A stretch of DNA of 63,380 bases, filler included. It is 3 parts of 3 records of this genome, joined end to end, with 100 filler letters (N's around TTAATTAATTAA, not from the genome) between each part and the next. Parts side by side here need not be neighbours in the genome. Positions count along the whole stretch, not along the records: positions 1 to 29,588 come from DRR723986_2306; 2 more parts are not named here. One strand, given 5' to 3'. Of the stretch, positions 20,759-29,688 are shown in pieces (the first letter of the stretch is position 1; each line of letters starts with the position of its first letter). The position numbers were made by a program, and so were the translations under genes. The notes under the pieces were generated by a model. That model was not told the origin of the DNA. It was given only the letters and a program-made list of their open reading frames with translations, and made no database searches.

Positions 20759-21727
20759 ATGCAGAAAACGACAAAAAGCAGCGCCACCGCCCCGCCTGAG
20801 CCCACCGATATTGGCATTTTGCTATTCCCGGAATTTTCAAACCTGTGCCTTGCCAACGCGGTAGAGCCGCTGCGCGCCGCCAACAGCCTGGCGCGGCGGC
20901 CGCTTTATCGGTGGCATTTTCTGGGCATGCAAAGCGGCACGATCCACAGCAGCAGTAACCTGCCCGTGCATATCGACACCCGGCTTTCGGCCTATGGGGG
21001 GGGCGATATTTTGCTGGTGATGCCCAGCTATGGCCATTTGGCCCATGCCACGCCCGCCACTTTGGCCGCGCTGCGCGCCTGCGCCCCACGCAACCAGATG
21101 ATGGTGGGGTTGGATACGGGCAGCTGGCTGCTGGGGGCGGCGGGGCTGTTGGATGGGTATAAGGCCACATCGCATTGGGATATTCTGCGCAGCTTAGCGG
21201 AACGTTTTCCAAATATCGATGTGGTCGAAGACCGCTATGTGATCGATCGCAACCGCGCCAGCTGCGGTGGCGCCACCACAACGCTGGATCTGATGCTGGC
21301 GCTGATTGGCCGGGCCCATGGCACAGCATTGGCGCTGAATGTGGCGGCGCTTTTTATGCATGGCGAGCGCGACCCAAAGCTTGACCCGCTGGCGCGCCTG
21401 CCCGACGAGCGTATTTTGCGCGCAGCGGCCGCCCTGATGCGCCGCCATATCGAACAGCCGCTGACCCTGGCCGAAATTGCCCAGCGCCTGCATATGGATC
21501 AGCGCCGCCTGCAGCGCATTTGCCGGGAAAAGGCCGGCATGACCCCGGCACAGCTTTATCGCAGCATCCGCCTGGCCGAGGCCCAGCGCTGGCTGGCCCA
21601 AAGCCGCATCAGCGTGGCCGAGGTGGCCTATCGCTGCGGCTATGGCGATGCCACCGCCATGACACGGGCCTTTCGCCAAAGATTGGGCCAAAGCCCCAGC
21701 CAATATCGCCGCAGCCTGGCATCTTAG
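20759..21727 (+). CDS. GlxA/CdhR/GbdR family AraC transcriptional regulator
   Basis: N-terminal DJ-1-like domain (AVEPLRAAN, GLDTGSWLL..AGLLDGYKATSHW, SCGG) plus C-terminal AraC HTH; divergent from the acyl-CoA operon. Confidence 0.88.
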   Translation: MQKTTKSSATAPPEPTDIGILLFPEFSNLCLANAVEPLRAANSLARRPLYRWHFLGMQSGTIHSSSNLPVHIDTRLSAYGGGDILLVMPSYGHLAHATPATLAALRACAPRNQMMVGLDTGSWLLGAAGLLDGYKATSHWDILRSLAERFPNIDVVEDRYVIDRNRASCGGATTTLDLMLALIGRAHGTALALNVAALFMHGERDPKLDPLARLPDERILRAAAALMRRHIEQPLTLAEIAQRLHMDQRRLQRICREKAGMTPAQLYRSIRLAEAQRWLAQSRISVAEVAYRCGYGDATAMTRAFRQRLGQSPSQYRRSLAS

Positions 21728-21730
21728 GCA

Positions 21731-21760
21731 CAAAAGCAAAGGCCGCCCCAAGGGGCGGCC
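21731..21760 (-). terminator. Intrinsic terminator after the HU gene
   Basis: GGCCGCCCC-AA-GGGGCGGCC hairpin (21741-21760) followed on the minus strand by TTTGCTTTTG; lies between convergent genes. Confidence 0.7.
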
Positions 21761-21785
21761 CGCTAAAGGCGACATGGCGCAAGGC

Positions 21786-22073
21786 TTAGCCGTTTACGCT
21801 GTCTTTCAGGGCCTTGGCAATGGTCATTTTCACAACCTTGTCGGCAGGCTTTTGCATGGTTTCGCCAGTGGCGGGGTTGCGCACGGTGCGCGCGGGGCGC
21901 TCGCGGCAATAGATTTTGCCAACGCCTTGCAGCGTCACAGCGCCACCGCCCGATACTTCGCGGGTGATCAGGGCAACAATGCCATCCAGCGCGGCAGTTG
22001 CGGTTTTCTTGTCGGCGCCCATTTCTTCCGCCAGAGCAGCCACAAGTTGGGTCTTGGTCATCGGTTTTGTCAT
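21786..22073 (-). CDS. hup: HU family DNA-binding protein
   Basis: MTKTQLVAALAE..GAVTLQGVGK..RERPARTVRNPATGE..KALKDSVN; GGAGA RBS. Confidence 0.92.
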   Translation of the reverse strand: MTKPMTKTQLVAALAEEMGADKKTATAALDGIVALITREVSGGGAVTLQGVGKIYCRERPARTVRNPATGETMQKPADKVVKMTIAKALKDSVNG

Positions 22074-22415
22074 TTTTAGGTCTCCTTGGTCTGCCCGAGT
22101 TATTGGGCCTAACGCGACAAAGCTAACGTTATATAGTGTGTAAACACTATGATTAGGGGGGTATTGCAAGCAAAAACCAACGCAGAGGCCTTCATTTATT
22201 AGGTTTTATCGAAAATTCATTCCTTAAAACAAAACAAATCACAGCCGCTATATCCTTTTGGACAGGCGCAGTCTCGGCTGGGGAAACGCCAGATTTCACC
22301 CCAATTGCACCCTTGGGTGGTGCAACAGACACCGTTGACAGCCCAGAAAGGCGCGGCCACTCTTTGGCCAACAAAGGGCCCAACCGACCCGCCCATACAA
22401 TCAAAGGAAATGGAA

Positions 22416-23171
22416 ATGAGTGTAGCAAATCTGCGCCCGAACATGGACCATTGGCAACAGCGCGTCGATCTGGCCGCGGCCTTTCGCTGGACGGCGCGGT
22501 TGAATATGCACGAAGGCGTGGCCAATCATTTTAGCCTGGCCACAAATGATGACGGCACGCAATTTCTGATGAACCCCAACCAGATGCATTTTGCCCGCAT
22601 CCGCGCCAGCGATTTGCTGCATATCGATGCCAACGACCCCAGCACGATGCAGGGCCCAAACGCCCCCGACTCCACCGCTTGGGGGCTGCATGGCGGCATT
22701 CACCGCCACTGCCCCCACGCGCGCTGCGTGATGCATGTGCATTCCATTCACGCCACGGTGCTGGCCAGCCTGGCCGACTCGCGCCTGCCCCCGATCGATC
22801 AAAACTGCGCGACGTTCTATAACCGCTATGTGATCGACGAAAACTACGGCGGGCTGGCCTTCGAAGACGAAGGCGCGCGCTGTGCCCAGCTGTTCACCGA
22901 CCCCAAGAAAAAGGTGATGATCATGGGCAATCACGGGGTTTTGGTGATTGGCGAAACGGTGGCTGATACGTTCAACCGCCTCTATTATTTCGAACGCGCC
23001 GCCGAAACCTATATTCGCGCCTTGCAAACCGGCCAGCCGTTGCGCGTGCTGCCCGACGAGATTGCTGAAAAAACCGCGCGCGAGCTGGAAACCTACCCCG
23101 ACCAAGACGCACGCCATTTGGCCGAGCTGAAAGCCATCCTTGATGACGAAGGCGCAAACTATGCCACATAA
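22416..23171 (+). CDS. Class II aldolase/adducin family protein
   Basis: RVDLAAAFR..NHFS, MHVHS and MGNHG metal-binding histidines, YYFERAAE; AAGGA RBS before ATG 22416. Confidence 0.87.
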   Translation: MSVANLRPNMDHWQQRVDLAAAFRWTARLNMHEGVANHFSLATNDDGTQFLMNPNQMHFARIRASDLLHIDANDPSTMQGPNAPDSTAWGLHGGIHRHCPHARCVMHVHSIHATVLASLADSRLPPIDQNCATFYNRYVIDENYGGLAFEDEGARCAQLFTDPKKKVMIMGNHGVLVIGETVADTFNRLYYFERAAETYIRALQTGQPLRVLPDEIAEKTARELETYPDQDARHLAELKAILDDEGANYAT

Positions 23172-23265
23172 GCCCATCACGCGGCTTTGACGGAACGTTC
23201 CACTGCCACTGGGGCGCGCATTGCGCTAGCACAGGCCCAAACCCGCAAGCACAGGAAAATAGACC

Positions 23266-24441
23266 ATGACCGATATCGTCATTCTGGGCGGCGCACGCAC
23301 CGCCATTGGCACCTTTGGCGGCGCGCTTTCGGGCCTGCCCCCTATTGAAACCGGCACGATTGCCGCAAAAGCGGCCATGGCACGTGCCGGTGTGGACGGC
23401 GGGCAGATTGGCCATGTGGTGTTTGGCCATGTCATCAACACCGAACCGCGCGATATGTATCTTAGCCGCGTGGCGGCGATGCAGGCCGGCATTCCTGACA
23501 CCACGCCTGCAATGAACGTCAACCGCCTGTGCGGTTCGGGCGCGCAGGCGATTGTGTCTGCAACCCAGGCGCTGATGCTGGGAGATGCCGATTTCGCCCT
23601 GGCAGGCGGCGCCGAGGCGATGAGCCGCGCGCCCTATATCGTGCCCGATCAGCGCTGGGGCGCAAAAATGGGGGATATTCGCACGCTGGATATGATGCTG
23701 GGCGCGCTAAACTGCCCCTTTGGCACGGGCCATATGGGGGTTACGGCTGAAAACGTGGCGGCCGAGCATGATGTCAGCCGCCAAGCGCAAGATGCGTTCG
23801 CCCTTGAAAGCCAGCGCCGCGCCGCCGCCGCCATCGAGGCGGGCTATTTCGCCGACCAGATCGTGCCAGTCGAGGTAAAGCGCGGCCGCGACATGGTGCA
23901 ATTTGACACCGATGAACACCCCAAAGCCACCACAGCCGAGGCGCTGGCGGGGCTGCGCCCGGTGTTCCAAAAAGACGGCACTGTCACGGCTGGCAACGCC
24001 AGTGGCATCAATGATGGCGCCGCAGCCATCGTTTTGGCGCGCGCCGATGCCGCGGAACGCGCAGGCCTGTCGCCGGCGTTTCGTGTGCTGGGCTATGCCC
24101 ATGCCGGTGTGCGCCCCCAGGTTATGGGCATAGGCCCGGTGCCCGCGGTGGAAAACCTGCTGGCGCGCACGGGCCTGTCGGTTGCCGATTTCGATGTGAT
24201 CGAATCTAACGAGGCCTTTGCCGCACAGGCCCTGGCCGTCAACAAAGGGCTGGGGCTGGATGGCGCACGCGTCAACCCCAACGGCGGCGCCATTGCCCTG
24301 GGCCACCCTGTGGGGGCGACGGGCTGCATTATCACCGTCAAGGCCATGTATGAACTGCAGCGCACAGCTGGGCGCCGCGCGCTGATCACCATGTGCATTG
24401 GCGGCGGTCAGGGCATCGCCCTGGCGATCGAACGTATCTAA
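23266..24441 (+). CDS. Acetyl-CoA C-acyltransferase (beta-ketothiolase, BktB-like)
   Basis: ARTAIGTFGG, NVNRLCGSG (catalytic Cys), TAGNASGINDGA, NEAFA, GHPVGATG, MCIGGGQG. Confidence 0.92.
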   Translation: MTDIVILGGARTAIGTFGGALSGLPPIETGTIAAKAAMARAGVDGGQIGHVVFGHVINTEPRDMYLSRVAAMQAGIPDTTPAMNVNRLCGSGAQAIVSATQALMLGDADFALAGGAEAMSRAPYIVPDQRWGAKMGDIRTLDMMLGALNCPFGTGHMGVTAENVAAEHDVSRQAQDAFALESQRRAAAAIEAGYFADQIVPVEVKRGRDMVQFDTDEHPKATTAEALAGLRPVFQKDGTVTAGNASGINDGAAAIVLARADAAERAGLSPAFRVLGYAHAGVRPQVMGIGPVPAVENLLARTGLSVADFDVIESNEAFAAQALAVNKGLGLDGARVNPNGGAIALGHPVGATGCIITVKAMYELQRTAGRRALITMCIGGGQGIALAIERI

Positions 24442-24460
24442 CACTTGCCGCAAAGCGCGT

Positions 24461-24490
24461 GAAAAAGGGGGGCAAGACCCCCCTTTTTTT
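24461..24490 (+). terminator. Intrinsic terminator after the thiolase gene
   Basis: GAAAAAGGGGGG-CAAGA-CCCCCCTTTTTTT. Confidence 0.8.
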
Positions 24491-24509
24491 CGTGCAGATC
24501 CCGGCCAAA

Positions 24510-24526
24510 TTAAGCGCTTTTTCACC
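24510..24526 (+). promoter_or_regulatory. CtrA-like binding site upstream of the hybrid kinase
   Basis: TTAA-GCGCTTT-TTCACC, same form as the comM site. Confidence 0.5.
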
Positions 24527-24567
24527 ACCATCGGCGAATTCTGCGGCATACCCCGCCGGAGCATAGA

Positions 24568-26421
24568 ATGTCGATTGCCATCAAACTGGCCGAAGAACGC
24601 CGCGCCCGCCTGGCCGCCGAACGCCTGCTAGAGCTGAAACAAGCCGAATTATGGGCTGCAAACCGCAAGCTGGGCCAGCACGCACGCGCGCTTTCAGCCG
24701 AAATCGTGGAAACCCGCGCGCAGGTCGATAGCTATCGCCACGAAAACCAGCGTGTGAAATCCGATCTTACCGCGGCGCATGCCAAGATTGCCATTGCCGA
24801 ACGGCGCCTGTGGCTATCCATTGAAACCATCCCCGATGGTTTTGCCTTTTTCGATGCAGATGACCACCTGATTGCCGCCAATGCCGCCTATTTGGCCTTT
24901 TTCGATGGGCTAGACGAGGTGCGCCCCGGCATTACCTACCCCCGCATTTTACAGCTGCTCACCGATGAGGGGCTGATCAACACGGGCGATCTATCGCCGG
25001 CCGAATGGCGCGCGATGATGCTGCAACGCTGGCAGGCCCCTGCGCCCACGCCCTATGTGATGCGCAGCTGGAACGATATGTATGTGCGCCTGATCGATCA
25101 ACGCGGCCATGGGGGCAACGTGGTTAGCCTGGCGCTGAATATCACCAATGCCGTGAAACACGAGGCCGAGCTGAAAAAGGCCCGCCACCGGGCCGAGGCC
25201 GCAAACCGCGCCAAATCGGCCTTTTTGGCGAATATGAGCCATGAAATACGCACCCCCATGAACGGGGTGCTGGGCATGTCGGAATTGCTGGCAGAAAGCC
25301 CGCTGACAGATGATCAACGCCTGTATGTCGAAACCATCCGCAACTCGGCCGAGGCGCTGTTGGTCATCATCAACGATGTGCTGGATTATTCAAAAATCGA
25401 GGCAGATAAAGTGGTGCTGCAACAGCGCCCGTTTGATTTGCGCCAGCTGATGGATGAAATCATTACCCTGATGCACCCGGCCGCACAGCCAAAGGCACTG
25501 GATCTGCGGGTAGATTACCCCGCCACCTTGCAGCGTGGCTTTGTTGGCGATCCGGGCCGCGTGCGCCAGGTGCTGACAAATCTGGTGGGCAATGCGGTAA
25601 AATTTACCCCCGCAGGCCATGTAACATTGCGCGTCTCGATGGCAGCCACAGGGGTTGGGGGGGCTGGTGCCGCGCCAATAGCGCCTGTGCAAATTTTGAT
25701 CGAAGACACCGGCATTGGCATTCCCCCTGACAAAATCGAACATGTGTTTGGCGAGTTTAACCAGGCAGATGACAACCAAAACCGCCGGTTCGAAGGCACC
25801 GGGCTGGGGCTGGCCATCACCCGGCGCCTGGTGCAATTGATGGGCGGCGATATCTGGGTCAAAAGCCAGCCTGGCCAAGGCACCTGTGTGGGCCTGTCTT
25901 TGCCCCTGCCACCTGCGCCAGATGCTGTGGAAAACACTGCCCCACCCGCCGGCACGCCTGGCCAGAAAGCCCCGGCCAAGCCCCGCCGCCGAAAAAAACC
26001 AGCCCCCCCGCCAGCCCTGCGGCGCATGCGGGTTTTGGCCGCCGATGACAACCGCACAAACCGCTTGGTTTTTGGTAAAATGGTGCAAGACGCGGATATC
26101 GAGCTGCATTTTGCCGAAGATGGCGCAACCGCCATCAGTGCCTTTCAGCACCATCAGCCAGATTTGATCTTTATGGATATCTCGATGCCCGGCATCGATG
26201 GCAAAGAAGCCACCGCACAAATTCGCGCGCTGCCCGGTGGCACGGTGCCGATCATCGCCATGACCGCCCACGCCATGCAGGGCGATCGCGAACAGATTTT
26301 GGCAGCCGGCCTTGATGATTATCTGACCAAGCCAATCCGCAAAGCCGATGTATTAGCCCATATCGCCCAGCATCAACCGGCCGATACCCGCCCGCCCCTG
26401 CCAGGCACCCCGCCGCCTTAG
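24568..26421 (+). CDS. Cytoplasmic hybrid sensor histidine kinase (coiled coil-PAS-HisKA-HATPase-REC)
   Basis: FLANMSHEIRTPMNG H-box, NLVGNAVKFT, DTGIGI, GTGLGL; receiver with DDN, FMDISMPGIDG, TAHA, TKP; no TM helix. Confidence 0.92.
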   Translation: MSIAIKLAEERRARLAAERLLELKQAELWAANRKLGQHARALSAEIVETRAQVDSYRHENQRVKSDLTAAHAKIAIAERRLWLSIETIPDGFAFFDADDHLIAANAAYLAFFDGLDEVRPGITYPRILQLLTDEGLINTGDLSPAEWRAMMLQRWQAPAPTPYVMRSWNDMYVRLIDQRGHGGNVVSLALNITNAVKHEAELKKARHRAEAANRAKSAFLANMSHEIRTPMNGVLGMSELLAESPLTDDQRLYVETIRNSAEALLVIINDVLDYSKIEADKVVLQQRPFDLRQLMDEIITLMHPAAQPKALDLRVDYPATLQRGFVGDPGRVRQVLTNLVGNAVKFTPAGHVTLRVSMAATGVGGAGAAPIAPVQILIEDTGIGIPPDKIEHVFGEFNQADDNQNRRFEGTGLGLAITRRLVQLMGGDIWVKSQPGQGTCVGLSLPLPPAPDAVENTAPPAGTPGQKAPAKPRRRKKPAPPPALRRMRVLAADDNRTNRLVFGKMVQDADIELHFAEDGATAISAFQHHQPDLIFMDISMPGIDGKEATAQIRALPGGTVPIIAMTAHAMQGDREQILAAGLDDYLTKPIRKADVLAHIAQHQPADTRPPLPGTPPP

Positions 26422-27179
26422 GCCGGGTGGCTGCGCAAAAACACAGGCTTGCCCGGCGCCGACATATCTGGCTGATAGGCATATCCGCCGCTGTCGAAAT
26501 CAAACAGCGCATCAGGCGCAACCAAGCGGTTTTCCACGATAAACCGGGCCATCGCCCCCCGGGCCCGCTTGGCATAAAAGCTGATAACTTTGGGCTGGCC
26601 GCCCTTGTCTTCCATAAACACCGGCGTGATCACCGGCAGCGCCAAAACCTGCAAATCAACCGCGCCAAAATATTCCTGGCTGGCGCAATTGACCAAACAG
26701 CTGGCCCCGGTCTGCTTGGCGCGCGCATTCAGCGCCTCGGCAATGCGGCTGCCCCAAAAATCATACAGCGTCTTTCCCCGCGGCGTGGCCAACCGGCTGC
26801 CCATTTCCAGCCGGTAAGGCTCGATCTGGTCAAGCGGGCGCAACAGCCCGTAAAGACCCGATAAAATGCCCATGTGGTCTTGCGCCCAGCGCAGCGCATC
26901 GGCGCTTAAACTACTGGCATCAAATCCCTGATAGGTGTCACCGGCAAAGGCAAAGGCCGCCGCTTTCTTTTCCATCGTGCCAAAATCGCGAAACCGCTCG
27001 GCGTTCAGCTGGGCCAGCGGCGCACTGATATGCATCAGCTTTTGCAGCGCCGCCACATCCAAGCCATGCGCCACTTTCGCCAGCTCTGCGGTATCTGCGT
27101 CAAAACTGGGCTGGCTTACATCCAAGCCTTCGACGGGCGACATATCCATTTTCTTGGCAGGCGAGACAACAACCAGCAT
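26418..27179 (-). CDS. yaaA: Peroxide stress protein YaaA
   Basis: VSPAKK, LMHIS..LA.LNAERF, FAGDTY, ILSGLYGLLRPLD.IEPYRLEMG, NCASQEYF, SFYAKRARGAMAR. Confidence 0.95.
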   Translation of the reverse strand: MLVVVSPAKKMDMSPVEGLDVSQPSFDADTAELAKVAHGLDVAALQKLMHISAPLAQLNAERFRDFGTMEKKAAAFAFAGDTYQGFDASSLSADALRWAQDHMGILSGLYGLLRPLDQIEPYRLEMGSRLATPRGKTLYDFWGSRIAEALNARAKQTGASCLVNCASQEYFGAVDLQVLALPVITPVFMEDKGGQPKVISFYAKRARGAMARFIVENRLVAPDALFDFDSGGYAYQPDMSAPGKPVFLRSHPA

Positions 27180-27212
27180 GCGTATTCCTCAAAATGTCAG
27201 CTGCACCAGAAC

Positions 27213-29252
27213 CTAGGGCGCATTGTGCAAAACGTCCAGAAACGCGGGGCCAAAACGTTCGGCCCGGCGCGCACCCAATATCCGCGCAACCCCGGCCATA
27301 TCGGCGGGGCGCTGCTGCGCTACACGCGCAAGCAAGGCCGAAGAACAGCTCATCGGCTTGTCCATGCCGCCCTCGCCACGCATCAAATCGGCCTGCGTTT
27401 GCAGCAAGCGGTCATAAAGCGTGCCCGCATCGCGCCCGGCCAGCTTCATGCGCGCCGGGTGCATAGGGGCTGCGGCACCGATGATAACCTCTAGAAACTC
27501 TGTGCCATACCGCTCTAGCTTTTTCGCCCCAACACCCGCAATGCGCGCCATGCCATCCAAGCTGTTTGGCCGGGTTTCGGCCATTTCAATCAAGGTGCGG
27601 TCGGTGAAAATCACATAGGCCGGCACCGCGGCCGCCTCGGCCAAGGCCCGCCGCTTGGCCTTTAGCGCCGACAACAACGGCGCATCTTCTTCGTTCACCA
27701 GCATTTTCACCGCCGGCCGCCGGTCGGGCCGGGCCACGCTGTCGCGGCGCAGGGTGATTTTCTGCTGATCGCGCAAAATCGGCAGCGCGGCATCGGTCAT
27801 GGTCAGCGCCCCATGCCGCTCGGGGTTGGGGCGGATCAGATCATGCCCCATCATCTGGCGAAAAATCGCCCCCCATTGCGCGCGGCTGTAATCGCGCCCC
27901 ACACCAAAGGTAGGCAGGCTGTCATGGCCACGCTCGCGGATTTTGGGGGTATCGACCCCCAGTAAAACATCGGTCAAATGCCCAGCACCAAACCATTCTT
28001 CGGTGCGCAAAATCGCCGATAGGGCCTTGCGCACCGCCTGCGTGCCGTCAATCAGCTCGGGCGGGCTGTCGCATAAATCGCAATTGCCGCAGGGGCTGGT
28101 GGTTTCCCCAAAATACCCCAACAAGGTGCTGCGCCGGCAGGCCTGCGCCTCGGCCAGCCCCAAAAGCGCGTTCAACCGCGCATGATCTGCCATGCGGCGC
28201 GCGGGCGGGGCCAGCCCTTCGTCGATCTGGCTACGCCGCAGCCTGATATCGTCGGGCCCGTATAATGTCAGCGTATCCGCAGGCCCACCATCGCGCCCGG
28301 CACGCCCGATTTCCTGGTAATAGGCCTCGATCGACTTGGGTAAATCGGCATGCGCCACCCAGCGGATATCGGGCTTGTCCACCCCCATGCCAAAGGCCAC
28401 CGTCGCCACAACCACCAACCCATCTTCGCGCGAAAACCGCGCCTCAACCGCGCGGCGCGCCTCGGCCTCCATGCCGCCATGATAGGCACAGGCATTATGG
28501 CCCTCATCACACAGGGCCTGCGCCAAAGCCTCGGTCTTGGCGCGGGTGCCACAATAAACGATCCCCGATTGCCCCCGCCGTGCAGCCGCAAACGCCAATA
28601 TCTGCCGCCTTGGTTGATCCTTTGCACAAAAGGCCAAATGAATATTGGGCCGGTCAAACCCACGCAAAAAGATCCGCGGCGCCCCCGCATCAAAGAGCCG
28701 CGCAACAATCTCGTCACGGGTTTCTTGATCGGCCGTGGCGGTAAAGGCCGCCAAGGGCACGCCCAGCATTCGGCGCAATTCGCCTATGCGCAAATAATCA
28801 GGGCGAAAATCATGGCCCCATTGGCTGACACAATGCGCCTCATCCACCGCAATCAGCCCAACACCAATGCGCCGCAACATCCCCAGCGCGGCCCCCGCCG
28901 CCAGGCGTTCGGGCGCGATATAAAGCAGCTTCAGCCGCCCCGCCTCTAGCGCCTGCCAAACCGCATCATTTTCCTCCGCGGTGTTGCCGCTGGTCAGCGC
29001 ACCGGCCTCAACACCCGCCTCGCGCAGGGCACGCACCTGATCGCGCATCAAGGCGATCAGCGGTGAAATCACCACCGTCACCCCCTGCCGCATCAAGGCC
29101 GGCAACTGATAGCATAGCGATTTACCCCCACCTGTGGGCATAATCGCCAACACGTTTTCGCCCGCGGCTACGGCTTGCACAATTTCCTCTTGGCCCTCGC
29201 GAAACGCATCAAATCCAAAGACATCGCGCAAAAGGCCCGTCGCCGCCGTCAT
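27213..29252 (-). CDS. recQ: ATP-dependent DNA helicase RecQ
   Basis: MPTGGGKSLCYQLP, DEAHCVSQWGHDFRP, TATA, YYQEIGRAGRDG, CGNCDLC Zn site, RQC and HRDC domains. Confidence 0.97.
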   Translation of the reverse strand: MTAATGLLRDVFGFDAFREGQEEIVQAVAAGENVLAIMPTGGGKSLCYQLPALMRQGVTVVISPLIALMRDQVRALREAGVEAGALTSGNTAEENDAVWQALEAGRLKLLYIAPERLAAGAALGMLRRIGVGLIAVDEAHCVSQWGHDFRPDYLRIGELRRMLGVPLAAFTATADQETRDEIVARLFDAGAPRIFLRGFDRPNIHLAFCAKDQPRRQILAFAAARRGQSGIVYCGTRAKTEALAQALCDEGHNACAYHGGMEAEARRAVEARFSREDGLVVVATVAFGMGVDKPDIRWVAHADLPKSIEAYYQEIGRAGRDGGPADTLTLYGPDDIRLRRSQIDEGLAPPARRMADHARLNALLGLAEAQACRRSTLLGYFGETTSPCGNCDLCDSPPELIDGTQAVRKALSAILRTEEWFGAGHLTDVLLGVDTPKIRERGHDSLPTFGVGRDYSRAQWGAIFRQMMGHDLIRPNPERHGALTMTDAALPILRDQQKITLRRDSVARPDRRPAVKMLVNEEDAPLLSALKAKRRALAEAAAVPAYVIFTDRTLIEMAETRPNSLDGMARIAGVGAKKLERYGTEFLEVIIGAAAPMHPARMKLAGRDAGTLYDRLLQTQADLMRGEGGMDKPMSCSSALLARVAQQRPADMAGVARILGARRAERFGPAFLDVLHNAP

Positions 29253-29382
29253 TTTTTCTACCCTGCCTGAGAACCGCTATATTTGCGTCCGGTCTGGGTA
29301 TCCCACACCATCTATTGTGGAATCAAGGGCCCAGCCTGCGCATGGCCGCCCCTTCATCTTGCTCAAAATACTCAAAATCCTG

Positions 29383-29588
29383 TCAGCGCAGCAAAAGCTC
29401 TGGCAAGATGTAATCGCGCAGCGAAATGATAATGATAAACACCACAAGCGGCGCCAAATCCAACGGCCGTGTATCGGGCATGATACGGCGGATGGGCCCG
29501 TAAATCGGCTCCAGCAAGCGGTTTAGGCCATACCAAATTTGCGCCACCATTTGCTGATGCAGGTTCAGCACCTGAAAGTTGATCAGCC
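29383..29588 (-). CDS. yggT: YggT family membrane protein (5' end cut by contig end)
   Basis: (W)LINFQVLNLHQQMVAQIWYGLNRLLEPIYGPIRRIMPDTRPLDLAPLV. Confidence 0.85.
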
Positions 29589-29688
29589 NNNNNNNNNNNN
29601 NNNNNNNNNNNNNNNNNNNNNNNNNNNNNNNNTTAATTAATTAANNNNNNNNNNNNNNNNNNNNNNNNNNNNNNNNNNNNNNNNNNNN
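29589..29688. other. Artificial contig-joining linker
   Basis: N44-TTAATTAATTAA-N44 (stops in all six frames); genes on both sides are truncated. Confidence 0.98.

Noticed and set aside
20996..21003. G8 tract in the GlxA regulator (and C7 tracts in mrdA and ghrA) as phase-variation sites
   Set aside because: Frames are intact and such runs are expected in a GC-rich genome
29633..29644. TTAATTAATTAA palindromic repeat (also at 39173-39184) as a biological site
   Set aside because: It is embedded in N44 runs and identical at both joins: an assembly concatenation linker
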